Shown in pieces: positions 27,487 to 32,000 of a stretch of DNA of 32,000 nt. A program made the position numbers and the translations under genes. Under the pieces are notes generated by a model. That model ran no database searches, was not told where the DNA came from, and worked only from the letters and a program-made list of their open reading frames with translations. Within the stretch, counting starts at the first letter, position 1, and each line of letters opens with the position of its first letter. Source of the stretch: Nostoc punctiforme PCC 73102 (lineage in GTDB: Bacteria > Cyanobacteriota > Cyanobacteriia > Cyanobacteriales > Nostocaceae); contig NC_010628.1 of the NCBI RefSeq assembly GCF_000020025.1, forward strand, positions 6,780,001 to 6,812,000, read 5' to 3'.

Positions 27487-28869
27487 TTACTGATATTCGT
27501 GTGCCCCAATATCATATCCAGCACCGACAGGACGAGGTTTACCAAAATAATCGTTATTCAAATTAGTCCACTTAAAACCATTATTGATGGCCCGACTCGT
27601 TCCTTTGATTCTAAAGTCACCACCTGAGGGATTTACAAACTGTGGATCTGCCATTATATCATTAGTCCCCACAGAATTTGCACGAGAACCATTGTTATTG
27701 TAGAGATTGTAGTTAAAAGTAGTGTTGGTACTTTTATTATTCGAGCTTATTGGTTTGTTAGGCGCAGAATAAAGGATGTTATTGATAACTTTGACATCAC
27801 CAGAATAATTACTCATGATTTGCCCGTAATTAATTCCCTCTGTCTGGTTATTCAGATAAGTCGTGTTGTGGACAATGTCCACATGGTCGCTTGCATAAGT
27901 ATGAATACCCGAACCACCATTTTTATATGAGATATTGTTGGCAATCAAAGTACGTCCTTTATAGCCATAATCTCGTCCCTTATCAACAATAATGCCATTA
28001 CCATCTTGGTACTTTCCGTTGACAATCCAGGGAACGAACATTTGATTGTTGTAAACCTTGTTTCTGGTAACAATCATCTTGTAGCCCTGATTATTATCAG
28101 AATTCCAATTGCTGAGCATTGAAATGCCACTAGGACCGTATATTGAATACCAGGCATTATTGTATACCTCGTTATTATCCAGTGTCAGATAGTCTGATTC
28201 AATAGCTCCGATACCTCCACCTCCACAGTCATGTATCTTGTTGTTAAGAATACGTATGTGGTGGGGGCGACCACCTTTTCGCCCATCTATAGTGATGCAG
28301 TTTCCATTTGTCAAGGGATTGGATCGGTTATACCTCTGACTCAACGCATAACTACGGGTTATATTTGCATTGTTGCCTACAATCTCCAGCCCATTTATCT
28401 CAACATATGAGGCTCCCTTCTCAATTACAATTCCATGCCATCCATTGTGCTGAATTTTCGGTTTAGCTCCAGGATATGGCTTATAAGTGATCCATCCATT
28501 TGCCGTTCCAGAGCGTGAAATTACTAGTCCCGATCCATTCGCGCTGGTATTCTTGTATACTCCATCCATAAGCAGTACTGTAGTGCCAGGCCTAGTTAGG
28601 TCTGCTGCTCTTTGAATTGTCCTAAAGGCAGATGACGGAGTGAGTCCGCTATTTCTGTCGTTTCCGCTACCACTAACATAGTATGTTGTAGTTGTAACCT
28701 GGCTGATCAGCTTGCGACTTGGTAGTGGTGTAGTTTGATCGGTAGATAACTGACGAACATCTTTAACTAAAGACTCTGTTATTCTCTGTCCTTGAACCAG
28801 ACCTGTTAATGCCCAGGGAAGTACAAGAGATGCACTTAAACTGAGAAAGCCTAAACCATGAATCATCAT
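27487..28869 (-). CDS. Secreted right-handed parallel beta-helix repeat protein (candidate polysaccharide lyase/hydrolase)
   Basis: 460 aa. It has a Sec-type signal peptide (MMIHGLGFLSLSASLVLPWALTGLVQG) and a DUF1565-like entry segment (YYVSGSGNDRNSGLTPSSAFRTIQRAADLTRPGTTVLLMDGVY). Repeated Asn-rich beta-helix turns follow (LNNKIHDCGGGGIG, LDNNEVYNN, TRNKVYNN, IANNISYKNGGSGI, VHNTTYLNN), and the C-terminus has YDIGAHEY. Confidence 0.75.
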   Translation of the reverse strand: MMIHGLGFLSLSASLVLPWALTGLVQGQRITESLVKDVRQLSTDQTTPLPSRKLISQVTTTTYYVSGSGNDRNSGLTPSSAFRTIQRAADLTRPGTTVLLMDGVYKNTSANGSGLVISRSGTANGWITYKPYPGAKPKIQHNGWHGIVIEKGASYVEINGLEIVGNNANITRSYALSQRYNRSNPLTNGNCITIDGRKGGRPHHIRILNNKIHDCGGGGIGAIESDYLTLDNNEVYNNAWYSIYGPSGISMLSNWNSDNNQGYKMIVTRNKVYNNQMFVPWIVNGKYQDGNGIIVDKGRDYGYKGRTLIANNISYKNGGSGIHTYASDHVDIVHNTTYLNNQTEGINYGQIMSNYSGDVKVINNILYSAPNKPISSNNKSTNTTFNYNLYNNNGSRANSVGTNDIMADPQFVNPSGGDFRIKGTSRAINNGFKWTNLNNDYFGKPRPVGAGYDIGAHEYQ

Positions 28870-29797
28870 AGGGGAAAAATAGGGTATATTGCAAAAACTG
28901 AATCGTCAACGGTCAGTAACTCTAGCCTTGGTCAGTAAGTCAGTATTGGATACGGTCGTGTAACTGCCATTTGTAAGTTTATAAACGGTTTATCAGGTTT
29001 ACACCTGAGCATTTCCACGTAAATATCGCTGAAATGCTTTTTTAGGTAGTGTTTTAAAAAATGGCAACTATCTGGTAAAAGTACTGAAAAAAAGTATCAG
29101 TATACAGAATCATCACATTAATGGACACTAACCAACGGTACAAATGACATCATTTCCAATTGGACATCATTCTACTGTGTATACGCGGTATCTGTAGTTA
29201 AGATAGTATATCTGTCATCAAACAGGTATTTGACTTAAATAATACTTATGATAATGATAATCACTAAAATAAGAAAATTCATATATAGAAAATGCTTCGT
29301 AGCATCTCTTTTCTAAAATATTCTCATTATCATAAGGAACCAGAGTGGCTAAAACAAATTTTTAAAAGGTATATCAATAGCAAATTAAGAATTTTCAGTG
29401 AGAGCTTTCGGTTTATAGAAGAATTTCCTAAGCAATAATATTTAGATGTCTCTAAAATAAAGTATAAAAATATACTGTTTGAGCAGCGATCGCAAAAGAC
29501 AAGACAGTTCTGTACTCTAGTATTGTCTTATCCTGTGGTCAAATAAGAGTATCTGGAAAGCGTTGGGAAGAGGTGTATTTCATTTACTGGCAACTGCTGT
29601 AATTCAACTAATACTTACGTGTAAGAGATACTCGCTTTTTTTTAAGAGGGATCAGCTTTCTGGTTTTGAGTGCGTAAGTTAAGTTAATAAAAGAGGTGAT
29701 TATTGTGGAGAACAGGTCAAGAGAGATGAATATTGCTCTCTTGCAAGGGAATACACTACAAGCAATCAATCTCTTTGACTATATAGATATTGTAATT

Positions 29798-29830
29798 TTG
29801 GGGACGGAGAAGTTTAAGCAACGCCCCCAA
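29798..29830 (-). terminator. GC-rich hairpin 20 nt downstream of the wza-like stop
   Basis: TTGGGGACG (29798-29806) and CGCCCCCAA (29822-29830) form a 9-bp stem with one mismatch and a 15-nt loop. The tail is not U-rich on the minus strand and only moderately U-rich on the plus strand. Confidence 0.35.
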
Positions 29831-29849
29831 TTCAAATCTGTATCTTAAA

Positions 29850-31319
29850 CTAGAGTCCGAACAAGTTCAGAAGATTAAAGATAACACCAAGAGGTCCAGT
29901 TACAGTGTTTATGGTATCGCCAGTCTTAGCGGAACCAGATCGGTTGACTACTACAACATCATTATTGCGGAGTATGGGATTAGTTTGCTCATTAATCCCA
30001 GCGGAGAAATCCACTTTTACTATCCGTTTGGTGACAGAACCGTTAGGGTTGAGGCGAATCAAATCAACAGCACTGCTGCTAGCTCTGGCATCGTTGAATC
30101 CCCCAGCAGCGAGTATAGCTTGATTTAAAGAGCTATTTGGTTGAACGTCTGTTAATCCTGGTTTTTTAACTTCACCTACCACACCAACTTGAATACGTGT
30201 AGGAGACAAAGTAGTGGTAGCTAATTGAGTAGCTTCTGCGGGGTTAATTTCAGTTGCCGTCGGAATAACAATCGTATCTCCGTCTTGCACGATGATGTCT
30301 TGACTAGCGTCGCCACTCTGCAATAGTTGCCAAAGGTTAATATCTATAGCCTGTTCTGAGCCAGTTCTTGTAAGTCGACGTAGCCTGAGATTACGAACAT
30401 CAGCCTGTCCTGTAATTCCCCCAGCTAGTTGAATAACCCGTGTCACATTTGGTAAACCATTGGGATTAGCAGTACCACTGTTAGTTGCTGCGCCCCCCTG
30501 AGCATCTGTACTGGCTGGGGTGACAAGATACGAACCGGGACGATTAACTTCACCGATAATTGTTACCGTGCGAGGCGTGGTTTGACTGGCGGCAAAATTA
30601 GATGCAAATATATTACGAGATTCTGCCACATTGAAGTTGGTTGCTGTTGGCACAACGATGGTGTCTCCATCACGCAAGGTAATATCCTGTGATAACCTGC
30701 CCGTTTGAATGAGTTCCTTCAAATTGACGTTAACGGCTTGCTCTGAAGAACGTCCTATTTTACGCCGTAATTGAACTTGAGTCACATCCGCAGCTAAGGT
30801 TACTCCCTGCGCTGTTGTCAATGCGGCTAATACAGTTGGGTATTGTACACCTGGATTGTTGCCTGCGCCTCCGCTCAAGCTAAGAGTGTAAGCTCCTGGA
30901 CGTGTCACTTCTCCGGCAACGAAAACATTGATAGGACGAGGCGATAATAAATTGACCGAGATTAAGGGACGTTTGAGAAAGCGAGCATATCTTCTAGCAA
31001 TTTCGTCAGCAGCCTGTTCAGTTGTTAGACCGAGGACTGACACGCTACCAATTAAAGGTAGGTTGATTGCTCCACCTGGGGGAACTTGGTATTCTCCTGT
31101 ATATTCAGGTACTTCAAATACATTTACACGGATGAGATCGCCGCCTCCTAATGAATAATTAGTATCTAATTGTGTTTGTGTGCTTGGTGTTTGTGTCGTT
31201 GGTGGTAATGGTTGTCCCTGAGCTAGACTCGCAAATGGCACAGCGACATTGACAGCACTTAACAAAGCCACACCCACAACTGGCTGAGTTAGGAATTTAA
31301 ACAAACTTGTGTTAAGCAT
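29850..31319 (-). CDS. Wza/KpsD-type polysaccharide export protein (Poly_export domain followed by repeated SLBB domains)
   Basis: 489 aa. It has a signal peptide without a lipobox cysteine, then a Thr/Pro/Gln-rich linker. The Poly_export-like region is YSLGGGDLIRVNVFEVPEYTGEYQVPPGGAINLPLIGSVSVLGLTTEQAADEIARRY. Three repeats of the pattern V.GEV.RPG.Y......(GDTIVVP) follow, and the C-terminus is hydrophobic (GPLGVIFNLLNLFGL). Confidence 0.88.
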   Translation of the reverse strand: MLNTSLFKFLTQPVVGVALLSAVNVAVPFASLAQGQPLPPTTQTPSTQTQLDTNYSLGGGDLIRVNVFEVPEYTGEYQVPPGGAINLPLIGSVSVLGLTTEQAADEIARRYARFLKRPLISVNLLSPRPINVFVAGEVTRPGAYTLSLSGGAGNNPGVQYPTVLAALTTAQGVTLAADVTQVQLRRKIGRSSEQAVNVNLKELIQTGRLSQDITLRDGDTIVVPTATNFNVAESRNIFASNFAASQTTPRTVTIIGEVNRPGSYLVTPASTDAQGGAATNSGTANPNGLPNVTRVIQLAGGITGQADVRNLRLRRLTRTGSEQAIDINLWQLLQSGDASQDIIVQDGDTIVIPTATEINPAEATQLATTTLSPTRIQVGVVGEVKKPGLTDVQPNSSLNQAILAAGGFNDARASSSAVDLIRLNPNGSVTKRIVKVDFSAGINEQTNPILRNNDVVVVNRSGSAKTGDTINTVTGPLGVIFNLLNLFGL

Positions 31320-31855
31320 ATTTACCTGAGATTCTGAAACTACGATTAATAAAGTACTGTCTAAACATTTTTATTTTGACTATACCTAAGTATTCAAGTT
31401 CCCCAACACTCTTATTTTCCCCGAAAAGTGTAATTTTCCGGAGGAAATTTGTTTATTGAATTTGAATTTTTAGTGAAGTTAATTTAAAGTTGAGCAAACT
31501 TGAATCTGAGGATTCTCAAAAAATATGTGTCTTACGCAGATAAACAGAGTTTATATAAAAAATTGTCTGTTATGTAAAAAGGTACTTACCAATAACGCAT
31601 TTCTACCAAAGTCAATTAAATGACACTTAAACTGTGATTCTAAATATTCTATTAGTAGTAATTTTTGCAAAAATTATGAACTCCATTATCGATTAACTAC
31701 AAATAACCTTGAAAAAAGGTTGGAATTTAGTTTTTTGTGAGTTTGATTGAGCAAATAAAAACTCAAAAAAGCGGAAATTTAAGGTTATTTTGTAAAAAGA
31801 TACCACGTATCTACGTTGCTCAAACAAATCTAGAATTGAGTATTTGGCAACGAAA

Positions 31856-32000
31856 TTAATTAACTGAGTTATTTTTTCTTTGAATTTGTTGAATAAAAAA
31901 CTCTTCTAGGGAGTAACGCGACAAGTTCATAGCAATAATTTTACCTTCCATCAGACGAACACTAGCGAGGAAATCATAGTAATCGTCTTGTAGTGTACCT
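31856..32000 (-). CDS. 3' end of a probable ABC-transporter ATP-binding protein (partial; continues beyond the window)
   Basis: My own translation of the minus strand gives ...GTLQDDYYDFLASVRLMEGKIIAMNLSRYSLEEFFIQQIQRKNNSVN followed by TAA at 31858..31856. The segment (V)RLMEGKIIA...SLEEFFI resembles the C-terminal end of ABC ATPases. Only about 47 codons are visible. Confidence 0.35.
   Translation of the reverse strand, partial: GTLQDDYYDFLASVRLMEGKIIAMNLSRYSLEEFFIQQIQRKNNSVN

Noticed and set aside
27487-28869. Beta-helix protein as an AlgG/AlgE-type mannuronan C5-epimerase
   Set aside because: The epimerase catalytic DPHD motif is absent from the translation, so only the generic beta-helix fold is shared.
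1-32000. CRISPR arrays, tRNA/rRNA genes, prophage or integrase genes, recognisable defence systems
   Set aside because: I found no regularly spaced direct repeats, no cloverleaf-compatible sequences, and no integrase, Cas or restriction-modification-like ORFs in the six-frame track. The only mobile-element signature is the IS at the left edge.

Overview
The window looks like chromosomal DNA from a filamentous, probably heterocyst-forming (Nostocales-type) cyanobacterium. The evidence is many HIP1 palindromes (GCGATCGC), STRR-like heptamer tandem repeats and gene content, all judged by eye without database searches. It splits into two parts. (1) Bases 1-12.4 kb are housekeeping and accessory genes. 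They comprise a partial IS701-type insertion sequence that truncates a WD40-repeat gene, an orphan antitoxin-like ORF, and a RelE/ParE toxin-antitoxin pair with an ATGA overlap. They also include mfd (transcription-repair coupling factor), a DUF21-CBS-CorC (CNNM/TlyC-type) membrane protein, an aldo/keto reductase and a stand-alone A-T-TE nonribosomal peptide synthetase. (2) Bases 12.4-32 kb are an exopolysaccharide locus of the Wzx/Wzy-dependent type. It encodes an initiating polyprenyl-phosphate sugar-phosphate transferase, a Wzx flippase, three GT4 glycosyltransferases, a Wzy polymerase and an AlgD-like GDP-mannose 6-dehydrogenase. It also encodes a Wzc co-polymerase/BY-kinase, a secreted beta-helix protein, a Wza/KpsD-type export protein and the 3' end of a probable ABC ATPase. 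The central part of the locus is visibly more AT-rich and poorer in HIP1 than its flanks, and it has unusually long ORF-free spacers (1.58 kb, 0.98 kb, 0.81 kb) containing recurrent motifs and inverted repeats. I found no CRISPR array, tRNA or rRNA. The items most worth follow-up are the uronic-acid (mannuronate) Wzy-dependent EPS locus, the condensation-less NRPS next to it, the TTTTATGC octamer cluster in the divergent 1.58-kb region, and a strand-biased long-stem element upstream of the reductase gene. All functional calls rest on recognised motifs and remembered family features, not on searches.
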